Positions 37,333 through 45,335 of a stretch of DNA of 64,000 nucleotides are shown in pieces (positions within the stretch are counted from its first letter, which is position 1; every line of letters starts with the position of its first letter). The notes under the pieces are model-generated. The model was given only the letters and a program-made list of their open reading frames with translations, did no database searches and was not told the origin of the DNA. The position numbers were made by a program, and so were the translations under genes. Source of the stretch: Planctomycetota bacterium (lineage in GTDB: Bacteria; Planctomycetota; J058; JAJDCQ01); the NCBI GenBank assembly GCA_029260755.1, contig JAJDCQ010000115.1, forward strand, positions 24,929-88,928, given 5' to 3'.

Positions 37333-37743
37333 TCACTCCGTGCCGCTGGCCGACGTCCCCACCGCGAGCCAGATCGTGGTGATCAAGACCCCGAGCCCGG
37401 CGACCGCGACGGCGCCCACGAGCCCGTCCCCACTCAGATCGAATCGGACGATCTGAATCGAGATCGCGAGGGCGCCCAGGGCTCCGAGGATCGCGAAGGC
37501 GGCGCCGATGAGCCGGTAGTCGATCCTCAGACCGGAGAACTTCGGCGCCCGATCCGGGGGCAGGGGCGCCAGCGGCCGACCGGCCTCGCGCTCGGGCGCG
37601 GCCGCAACGTAGCGTCCGACGCTCGGCGCCGGCTCCCGCCGCATCCCAGCCGACGGAGACGGCCCGCGCACCGGGTCCTCCGTCTCCCGGAGCTCACGCT
37701 TGCGCTCGGCGAGTCGATCGAGCATGTCGCGGTGCTCGCTCAT
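37333..37743 (-). CDS. Small hypothetical membrane protein
   Basis: 136 aa. A charged N-terminus and two C-terminal TM helices (LIGAAFAILGALGALAISIQIV, VGAVAVAGLGVLITTIWLAV). Preferred over the Arg-rich antisense ORF 37189..37920. Confidence 0.4.
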   Translation of the reverse strand: MSEHRDMLDRLAERKRELRETEDPVRGPSPSAGMRREPAPSVGRYVAAAPEREAGRPLAPLPPDRAPKFSGLRIDYRLIGAAFAILGALGALAISIQIVRFDLSGDGLVGAVAVAGLGVLITTIWLAVGTSASGTE

Positions 37744-37907
37744 GACGCCATCCTAGCCGCCACGACCAACGGGGCGAAGGGGTCAGGTCTGGTCAGGTCG
37801 GTTCCCGAACGAAACAGAGAGAGGCGCAGAGCCTCGATCTCGATCGAAGCGCTGCGCCTCTGCGTGAGGTCAGGTCATTCTCGGGGACCTGAACCGGGCG
37901 ACGACGA

Positions 37908-39806
37908 CTACCGGCCGTAGTCGATCACGCGCTCGGTCGTGTTGCCGTAGGCGTCCGTCGCGACCACCCGGACGAGCTTGTCGGGCGGGAGGTCGATCTC
38001 GACCTCGAACGCTCCGTCGGCGCCGACCTTCACGGCGGTGCCGTTCACGGTGACGACGGTCTTGGGGTCGGCCTTGCCTCCCACCTTCACGCGGGTGGCG
38101 ACCTCGAGGCTCGGGCCCTTGTCGTCGATCGCGACGCGGATCCGGGCGGCTCCGACGTTGCCGGCGTTGTCGGTCGCCTCGGCAACGATCCAGTGCTCGC
38201 CGCCGGGGAGCTTGACCGTCGCCTCCCAGGCTCCGTCGGCGCCCCTGGTCGCCGGCTGGCCTCCGATGGTGACGGTCGCAATGTCGTCTCCGGGCACCTT
38301 CGTCTTCACGATGACCTCGCCGGCGTGGCGGGTTCCGTCGCCCGGGCTGGCGATCGTGACGCTCGGGGCGGTCGAGTCGCGGGCGACGCTGATCGACTGC
38401 TCGGCGCGGTTGCCGGAGAGGTCGGTCGCGACGGCGACGATGCGGTTCACCCCCTCGGCGAGGATGACGTCGACGGCGTAGCGGCCGCCGCCGAGCTCGG
38501 TCGCCTCGACGCCGAGCACCTCGACCTTGCTCACGCCGCCGTCGTCGGTCACCTGGACGACGGTGCGAACGCGGTGGCCGCGCACGGCCGAGTCGCCGGC
38601 CGGCTCGAGGAACGCGATCCCCGGCGGCGTCTCGTCGAAGAGGACGCGGATCTTGGCCTCGCCGGTCTTGCCGCGAGTGTCCGTTGCCTTGGCGACGATG
38701 GGCGTCCATCCCTGCCCGAGGTCGACGTCGACCAGGTAGGTGCCGTTGGCGCCGGGCGCCTTCCTGTCGTTGACGGTCACGTCGAGCTTTCCGGCTCCGC
38801 CGAGCGTCCGCACCTGGACGCGGATCTTCCGGGCCGACGCCGTCGAGCCGTCCTCGGGCATGAGGATCTCGACGATCGGACCGATGTTCGCCAGGTCGGA
38901 GACCGGCTTGCCGTCGGTGAGGGTGCAGATGTTCTCCTTGGGGATCATCGCCGCGTAACCGCTCTGGACGTCGGCCTCGGCGAAGCGCTCGGCGACCCGC
39001 GCGATCTTCACGATCGCGACCTTGATCCGGTCGCGGCCGAGCGACTCGCCCGTCCGCGGGTCCTTGACCGCGCTTCCCTGGGCGTAGACGTCGAACACCT
39101 GCCCGGACTTGATCCCGCCGGACGAGCCGCGGTTGATCTTGACCTCGCGCTCGGAGCTCGCGATCGCCCGGATCGGGGCGAGCTGGCCCATCACCTTGCC
39201 GACGATCTTGCGGACGCACTCGATGTAGAACTCGTCCTCCTCGTCCCCGCTGAGGCGGTCCTCGGGGCCGCGGCCGCGCGCCTTGAAGCGCTTCCGGACG
39301 TCGACCTTCTCGGCGAGGATGATCTCGCCCGTCTCGGCGTCGACGATCTTCACGTCGGCGACCATCGTCCCGCGCGGGTTGTTCAGGTAGTGGGTGGTGT
39401 TGGGGACGCTCTTGCGGTCGACCTCGAGCCGCCAGATCGACATGGTCGCGCTCAGGAGATAACGCGCGCCGATCATCTTGCCGGCCCGGACGGCCCGGTT
39501 CGGGTCGAGCGCGCCGCTCGAGCTCAGCTCCTGCTCGCTGAGCAGGCTCTCGAGCTTCACCCGCTCGACGACGGTGAACCGCCCCATCCGGACGAGGGCG
39601 CCCTCGACGCGGGTCGCGAGCCGGGTGACGCCGGCGTCGACGACGCCCGGCGACTTGAACGGCAGGACGCAGATGCTCGGTTTCTCGTCCTCGGCGCGGG
39701 CCGCAGTCGCGGGGCCGGCGAGGGCCGCCGAGAGCCCGATGATGGCCGCCATCGCAGCCACGAAGCCACTACGGCGCATAGCGTTGCGTCGAATCATCGT
39801 GATCAT
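37908..39806 (-). CDS. CsgG-like lipoprotein fused to a C-terminal array of Ig-like/beta-sandwich repeats
   Basis: The N-terminal ~200 aa match CsgG-family features (SICVLPFKSPG..., VVERVKLESLLSEQELSSSG, AGKMIGARYLLSATM). The C-terminal ~400 aa are repetitive beta-rich modules (…GVNRIVAVATDLSGNRAE…, …WIVAEATDNAGNVGAA…). Start is uncertain within MIGRS…MITMIRRNAMRRSG. Confidence 0.6.
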   Translation of the reverse strand: MITMIRRNAMRRSGFVAAMAAIIGLSAALAGPATAARAEDEKPSICVLPFKSPGVVDAGVTRLATRVEGALVRMGRFTVVERVKLESLLSEQELSSSGALDPNRAVRAGKMIGARYLLSATMSIWRLEVDRKSVPNTTHYLNNPRGTMVADVKIVDAETGEIILAEKVDVRKRFKARGRGPEDRLSGDEEDEFYIECVRKIVGKVMGQLAPIRAIASSEREVKINRGSSGGIKSGQVFDVYAQGSAVKDPRTGESLGRDRIKVAIVKIARVAERFAEADVQSGYAAMIPKENICTLTDGKPVSDLANIGPIVEILMPEDGSTASARKIRVQVRTLGGAGKLDVTVNDRKAPGANGTYLVDVDLGQGWTPIVAKATDTRGKTGEAKIRVLFDETPPGIAFLEPAGDSAVRGHRVRTVVQVTDDGGVSKVEVLGVEATELGGGRYAVDVILAEGVNRIVAVATDLSGNRAEQSISVARDSTAPSVTIASPGDGTRHAGEVIVKTKVPGDDIATVTIGGQPATRGADGAWEATVKLPGGEHWIVAEATDNAGNVGAARIRVAIDDKGPSLEVATRVKVGGKADPKTVVTVNGTAVKVGADGAFEVEIDLPPDKLVRVVATDAYGNTTERVIDYGR

Positions 39807-39981
39807 TGCCTCCGAGCCTGGTGCGGGGTCCCGCGACGTGGGACGCACCGACCGCCCTATCATTCAGCGGCGACTGAGATTCCACAATGGACGAAGACGC
39901 CGGAAACGCCAACCGGCCCCGGGAGGGCGCTGGCGTCGCCGGCGTCTCGCGCCTGCGAGGATCGATCTCCGGGAAGAGCGA

Positions 39982-40581
39982 CTACGCGCGCTTCTTCCGG
40001 ATCTCCTTCTCGTTGATCCAGACGATCTCGGCGAGCTCGATCGACTCCAGCATGAGGGTCAGCTTGTAGTGGATGATGCGCTTGCCGTCGCGCTTCTTGT
40101 CGATCGAGGTGAGCTCGCCCGAGAAGAAGACGTCGGCGCCGACCTGCTTGCCGAAGGCCTTCGCCTGCTTCGGGTCGACCGCGCCGCTCTCCATGTACTC
40201 GATCTCGTCGAGGATGTCCTGACGCCGCTCCTTGTCCGCGGCGAACCGGAACCGGCCGCTCCGGATGAGGCCGTTGCGGATCGAGTTCATCACGTTCCGC
40301 ATGTCGATGTGCTCGGAGGTCTTGTTCCGGACCTTGCTCAGGAGCACGATCAGGCGCTGGCCCTCCTTGGTCTCGTTCTGGAAGGCCTGGATGGCCGGAT
40401 GACTGTTCATGTCATCGATCATCTCCTCGGCCATCATCTGGACGTCGGTCGAGCCGAAGTCCTCGGTGAGGGTCTCGACGGCCTCCTCGTCCTCGTAGGT
40501 CACCTGCTGACCGCCACATCCGGCGATCGCCAGGAGCGCGAACGTCAGCGCCAGCCCGAAACCCTTCCGCGTCGTCTTCAT
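39982..40581 (-). CDS. LpoB/COG3417-like lipoprotein
   Basis: Lipobox LLAIAGCGG. GKQVGADVFFSGELTSI matches the LpoB/TolB-N-like lipoprotein family motif. Confidence 0.55.
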   Translation of the reverse strand: MKTTRKGFGLALTFALLAIAGCGGQQVTYEDEEAVETLTEDFGSTDVQMMAEEMIDDMNSHPAIQAFQNETKEGQRLIVLLSKVRNKTSEHIDMRNVMNSIRNGLIRSGRFRFAADKERRQDILDEIEYMESGAVDPKQAKAFGKQVGADVFFSGELTSIDKKRDGKRIIHYKLTLMLESIELAEIVWINEKEIRKKRA

Positions 40582-40740
40582 CGATCGTAGCTCCGTCTCG
40601 ATTCGGGCGAAGCCCCGGCGCCCCGTCCGAACTCTGGACAGCGGCCGGGGCGATCCGATTCGAAGTGCGACCGACGCCGCCCCCCGAACCGTCTTCCCCC
40701 TCGTTCGTTCTGTTCTCTTCCCGACGGCCGCGTCAGACCG

Positions 40741-41166
40741 TCACTTGACCTCTTGCGGCCGACGTACGGCCAGCTTGAACGACTTGGCCCGCCCATCCGG
40801 CGCGGTGCCCTTGATCGGCAGGCGCTGGTGGCCGTAGATGATCTTCGGGTTCCAGTGCTCGGTGTGGCTCTGGAGCTCGAAGCCCGACTCGTCGAACCAC
40901 TCGAACTCGTACTCGAAGCGGATCGTGTCGTCGTCGAGGTTGACGAGCGTCGCCTGGACCTCCAGGAACCCGCTCGTCTCGGCGTTGCGCGTCTTGATGT
41001 CCTGGATCTTCAGATCGTCGTAGAGATCCTCATCGCCGATCAGGACGTCACTCTGTCCGCTCTCGGTATCGACGTTAGCGACGTTTGCCGCCGAAGTCGA
41101 ACACCCGGCGGCGGTCGTCATCAGAAGCGCCACCATCACCACCGTCACCCGCGTACTCGCCGTCAT
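40741..41166 (-). CDS. YcfL-like lipoprotein (DUF1425-like)
   Basis: Lipobox TTAAGCS. FEYEFEWFDESGFELQ resembles the YcfL-family motif. Adjacent to an LpoB-like gene, as in enterobacterial ycfL-lpoB. Start is uncertain. Confidence 0.5.
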   Translation of the reverse strand: MTASTRVTVVMVALLMTTAAGCSTSAANVANVDTESGQSDVLIGDEDLYDDLKIQDIKTRNAETSGFLEVQATLVNLDDDTIRFEYEFEWFDESGFELQSHTEHWNPKIIYGHQRLPIKGTAPDGRAKSFKLAVRRPQEVK

Positions 41167-42775
41167 CCGAACCTCCATCATTGCTCATGCCCCACTTCGG
41201 CTCGGGAGCCTCGCCGATCTCGTCAGCGCCCTTGGCCATGTTCGCGAAGATGTTTCCGTTCACCGATCGGCAGTTGATGAAGAGCCGCCGCCCCTCGGGG
41301 ACGGTGACCTTGCCGAGCTTGAGAGAGTTGAGCTTCCCGCCGCCCTGACCGTGAACGCCGATCGAGAGGTCGGGATACTCGCCGGCCGGCACGGTCACCC
41401 TCAGCACTTGTAGGTTCCTTGGTAACGTCAACCAGCTCCGCAGATCGGCCTGCTCGCTGATCTCGGTCAAGACCGCCCCGGCGACCCGGATGCCGACGTT
41501 GCCCATCACGCCGCCCGCGCCGCCGCTCTGAAGCGCCGCCTGAGCCGCGATGTAGGTCGCCGCCGCCTTGATCCCGAGCCGGACCGCCTGCTTGATGCTC
41601 AACAGCAACATCCGATCCCACAGGAACTTGATCGCGACCGCCTCGATGTTCGTCAGGGAGTAGCTCTGCGCGAGCGCGTCGCTTCCCTTGAGGAGGGTGA
41701 TGTAGGCCTCCGGGGTCGGGCGGGTCTTGTACTTCGGGATCGCGATCTTGCCGTAGACGGTGTCGGTGAGGGGGTTCTTCATCAGGCCGGGGATGAAGAT
41801 CGGGAAGCGGACGGCCAGCTCATCCTTCTCGGGCGCGAGGCCGCACGAGTAGAGGATGAAGACGTCGCCGGTGCCGGACTGTGGCGTCCAGTCGCCCCCG
41901 CCGAACGTCTCCTTCCACTTGTCGTAGGCTTCCTGGTCGCGGAGCTTCTTCGAGATCCGGAGGAGGTCCTCCTTGATCAGCGGGAAGCCCGGGTTCATGT
42001 CGTAGACCCGCTCGTAGGAGATCCGCGCGTTGTCGAGCTCGTAGGAGTAGCCCCGATCGGCCTGCTCCTCGTAGATCACCGCGCTCAGGTAGTGGCCGAT
42101 CGCGAGGTCGTAGACGTTGCTGACCGAGTCGACGACCGCCTGTTGATCGGCCCGCGCCTTGTCGAGCTCCTCGGTCATCTTCGACATGGCCGCCGAGCAG
42201 TCGACGCTGGTGCCGTCCTCGGTCTCGCCCTCCTTCTCGCCGCGCGCCTCCTCGAGCTCCTCCTCGTACTCCTCGCGGAGCTCCTTGAGGCGCTGGTTCG
42301 TCCGGCGGATCTCGACGTGCGCCTCGTCGAGCCTCTCCTGGGTCTGACCGGCGCAGAGGTAGTTCATGCCCCAGAAGATGTGGATCAGCGCCTTCTCGAA
42401 CATCTCCCCCTTGTAGGGGATCGTCTTCTCGTTGATCAGCAGGCTCATCGCCTGCTGCCCGACCTGGGCGCCGGTGCTCTCCTGCTCGTACTCCTCGAAG
42501 AGCCCGAGCGCCGTCTTGAAGTCCGCGTTGCTCTTCTCGAAGTCGCCCGCGGTGTGGACGATCATCCCGCGCTCGAGGACGTAGCAGACCTTGTCGAGGT
42601 CACGTTGCAGGCCCTGCTCGAGGCCGTTGTAGGCCTCGGTGAACCGACCCGCCGCGAAGTGGTTTCGCGCCTCGAGCGTCTGGTCGGGATAGTCGGTGAC
42701 GACCGAGCACCCCGTCGTCCCCAGCAGCACCGTCGCGACGGTGAGTCCGATCGGCGCGAGCTTCCGCCCGTTCAT
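41075..42775 (-). CDS. Large hypothetical lipoprotein (COG3014-like)
   Basis: Lipobox LLGTTGCSV after MNGRKLAPIGLTVATV. ~560 aa with TPR-like helical regions and a Gly/Asp-rich tail. Same strand as the neighbouring lipoprotein genes. Confidence 0.55.
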   Translation of the reverse strand: MNGRKLAPIGLTVATVLLGTTGCSVVTDYPDQTLEARNHFAAGRFTEAYNGLEQGLQRDLDKVCYVLERGMIVHTAGDFEKSNADFKTALGLFEEYEQESTGAQVGQQAMSLLINEKTIPYKGEMFEKALIHIFWGMNYLCAGQTQERLDEAHVEIRRTNQRLKELREEYEEELEEARGEKEGETEDGTSVDCSAAMSKMTEELDKARADQQAVVDSVSNVYDLAIGHYLSAVIYEEQADRGYSYELDNARISYERVYDMNPGFPLIKEDLLRISKKLRDQEAYDKWKETFGGGDWTPQSGTGDVFILYSCGLAPEKDELAVRFPIFIPGLMKNPLTDTVYGKIAIPKYKTRPTPEAYITLLKGSDALAQSYSLTNIEAVAIKFLWDRMLLLSIKQAVRLGIKAAATYIAAQAALQSGGAGGVMGNVGIRVAGAVLTEISEQADLRSWLTLPRNLQVLRVTVPAGEYPDLSIGVHGQGGGKLNSLKLGKVTVPEGRRLFINCRSVNGNIFANMAKGADEIGEAPEPKWGMSNDGGSDDGEYAGDGGDGGASDDDRRRVFDFGGKRR

Positions 42776-42935
42776 GCTGGCCCCCTGCTCCTTCGAGCGG
42801 GCGCGCGGGCCGAAGCCGGGCGCGCCTTTGCTAAGCAACGATTGGAGGATCGCGAGGCTCTCCGCCCCGCGATCCTCGCGCTCCGATCGACACGGAGCCC
42901 GCCTGTCAGTCCATTCCGCGTCGACGCGCGGTCGT

Positions 42936-44012
42936 CTAGTCGTCGCCCGGCAGGCCGCCGCCGCGGCTGCCGCCCCGACGGCCGGTGTCCGGCGCGGCGT
43001 GGGCGATCGTGCGGACGATCGACCCGTTCGGAACGTCGGCGACCGCTCCGGAGACCTTCGCCTTGCTGAACTTGGGAAGGACCTGGATGATCGTCGCCTC
43101 GCAGAGCTTGATCTCCTCGGAGCCGAGCACCTCGCCGGTGTCGGGGTCGATCATCTCCTCGCCCTGCATGTAGACCGCGACGCGCTGGCCGACGCCGACG
43201 CCGGTTCCCTCGCCGCGGTTGAAGGTGAGCACGCCGCCGGTGAAGGCCATGACCTTCGCCGGGTAGATCGTGTCGAGCACCTTCTGGACGAGCGCGGTGA
43301 TGAGCTGACGGTGGACGTCGTCGGTGAGCTCGGCGGGGATGTCGAGCGTCTGCGAGTTCGCCTTCACCCGCTGCTTGAGCTCCTTGACGGCGCGCGCGTT
43401 CTCGGCGGCGACGATCCGACCGGTCGTCGAGTTGACGATCTTGATGTCGCAGATCATCTGCGCCTTGAGGATGCGGGTGTAGTGGTTCGTGCCAGGAATC
43501 TGGCGGAAGCCCTCGTTGAGGTCGTGCAGCGAGATGCTGCCCATGAGGAGGTAGTCGGCGCCGATGAGCTTGCCGAGCTCGATGTAGCGCGACGGGTCGA
43601 CCGCCCCGCTGTCGCTGAGCATCTGCTCGTCCATGACCTTCTGGAGCGCCTCGCGCTCCACGACCTTGAACTTGTTGCTCTTGACGAGGGTCGTGATGAA
43701 CTTGTCGGTGAGGAGGTTCGTCTCGCCCTGGAGGATCTTCTCGGATTCCTCGGCGGTGAGCTCGGTCGAGTGCGGCCCGCGGACGATCCGGACCTTCTTG
43801 TTGCGCAGAACCTGCTGGTAGTTGAAGTCGAGCACCGCGATGCTCGCCTTCCCCGACTTCGCCGGGGGTGGCGGCGCCGCGGACGGGTCCTCACCCTCGT
43901 AAGGGTCGCCCTGCGCGAGCGCGCTGGCGGGCGCGAACCCGAGGACGAAGACCGCGGCGAGGGCGGCACACGCGAGCGTGACCGCGAGGCGGCGAGGCGA
44001 ACGAGGAGCCAT
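42936..44012 (-). CDS. CsgG family lipoprotein (curli production assembly/transport component-like)
   Basis: Signal peptide; ASIAVLDFNYQ, VVEREALQKVMDEQMLSDSGAVD and LGKLIGADYLLMGSISL are characteristic of CsgG (PF03783). 358 aa. Confidence 0.7.
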   Translation of the reverse strand: MAPRSPRRLAVTLACAALAAVFVLGFAPASALAQGDPYEGEDPSAAPPPPAKSGKASIAVLDFNYQQVLRNKKVRIVRGPHSTELTAEESEKILQGETNLLTDKFITTLVKSNKFKVVEREALQKVMDEQMLSDSGAVDPSRYIELGKLIGADYLLMGSISLHDLNEGFRQIPGTNHYTRILKAQMICDIKIVNSTTGRIVAAENARAVKELKQRVKANSQTLDIPAELTDDVHRQLITALVQKVLDTIYPAKVMAFTGGVLTFNRGEGTGVGVGQRVAVYMQGEEMIDPDTGEVLGSEEIKLCEATIIQVLPKFSKAKVSGAVADVPNGSIVRTIAHAAPDTGRRGGSRGGGLPGDD

Positions 44013-44346
44013 GGGTGTGTTCCTCCGTGGATCGACAGGCCGCGCTCGGCGTCGTCCCGGTCAGGGGCGACGAGCTGGTCCGTCCGATGGTGTCCTGGAT
44101 GGGCAACAGCTCCCGGGTCCAGCGCGGCCCTGCGCGCAGACCGGGTGGCATGGACGTGCGACGCCCGAGAGGCGCTCGTATTCGCAGGATTCTAGTGAGC
44201 CCGCGGCGACGGGTCAACCGGCGCGACGACCGCGCATGGAATCGACATCCTTATGTAGCAGAATCGTTTGTGCGAATCATCTCGCGGATTCTCGCGGCTC
44301 CGAGCCGGCCCGAGGCGGCTTTCGGCGACGCCGAGCCCGTCCTAGA

Positions 44347-45267
44347 ATGATGACATCCCGCGACCCCTGCCCCGGAGCGCCCGTGACGACCCCCGCCGCC
44401 AACTTCGGCGATCGCCTCGCCGACGCCGTCCGCGCCCGCGGCCCCGCCTGCGTCGGGATCGACCCGCGCCCCGACTGGCTCCCCGAGGACGTCCTGCGCG
44501 AGGGCGACATCGGCGCGACGCTCCGCGCCCACGGCGAGGCGGTCGTCGAGGTGGTCGCCGACGCCGCCTCCACCGTGAAGCTCAACTGCGCCTTCTTCGA
44601 GCGGCACGGCGCCGACGGCTGGTCGGCGATGCTCTCGATCGCCCGCGCCGCGCGGGCGCGCGGCCTCGTGACGATCGCCGACGCCAAGCGCTCCGACATC
44701 GGGCCGAGCGCCGCGGCCTACGCCGACGCGTTCCTGGGCGATGACTCGCCGTTCGACGCCGTCACGGTCGTCCCGTGGCTCGGCGAGGACGGCCTGACCC
44801 CGTTCATCGACGCCGCCCACCGAGGCGGTCGCGGGATCTTCTGCGTCCTGCGGTCGTCGAACCCCGGCGCCGAGCGGCTCCAGGAGGTCGAGACGGCGGA
44901 CGACGGGCCGCTCTGGGAGAGCCTCGGACGCACCCTCGCCGCGGCCGAGAAGCCCGGGTCGAGCGGCCTCGGCGCCCTCGGCGCGGTCGTCGGCGCGACG
45001 GTCCCCGACGCGGTCGCCCGCGCGCGCCGCGTCCTGCCGGCCGGCTGGCTGCTCCTCCCGGGCTACGGCGCGCAGGGCGGCGGCGCGGCGGCGATCGTCC
45101 CCGCCCTCGACGAGGCCGGCCTCGGGGCGATCGTCAACGCGTCCCGTTCGGTCGTCTTCCCGTGGCGTGCGGACGGCGAGGCGCCCGGGCCGAGCTGGCG
45201 CGACCGGGTGCGGGCGGCGCTCGACGCCATGAACTCGGACCTGGGCTCCGCGACCCGTCGCGAGTGA
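44347..45267 (+). CDS. pyrF: Orotidine-5'-phosphate decarboxylase, type 2 (long form)
   Basis: ACVGIDPR, KLNCAFFE and IADAKRSDIG motifs. ~306 aa from the ATG at 44347. Confidence 0.8.
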   Translation: MMTSRDPCPGAPVTTPAANFGDRLADAVRARGPACVGIDPRPDWLPEDVLREGDIGATLRAHGEAVVEVVADAASTVKLNCAFFERHGADGWSAMLSIARAARARGLVTIADAKRSDIGPSAAAYADAFLGDDSPFDAVTVVPWLGEDGLTPFIDAAHRGGRGIFCVLRSSNPGAERLQEVETADDGPLWESLGRTLAAAEKPGSSGLGALGAVVGATVPDAVARARRVLPAGWLLLPGYGAQGGGAAAIVPALDEAGLGAIVNASRSVVFPWRADGEAPGPSWRDRVRAALDAMNSDLGSATRRE

Positions 45268-45335
45268 ACCGAACGCCTCGCCCCGGGTTACCGGGCGATG
45301 GCCCGCGCGCGAGAGACGAGCCCCGAAGAGACCCC

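Noticed and set aside
37189-37920. 243-aa + strand ORF
   Set aside because: Arg-rich; antisense to a more plausible small two-TM protein at 37333..37743.
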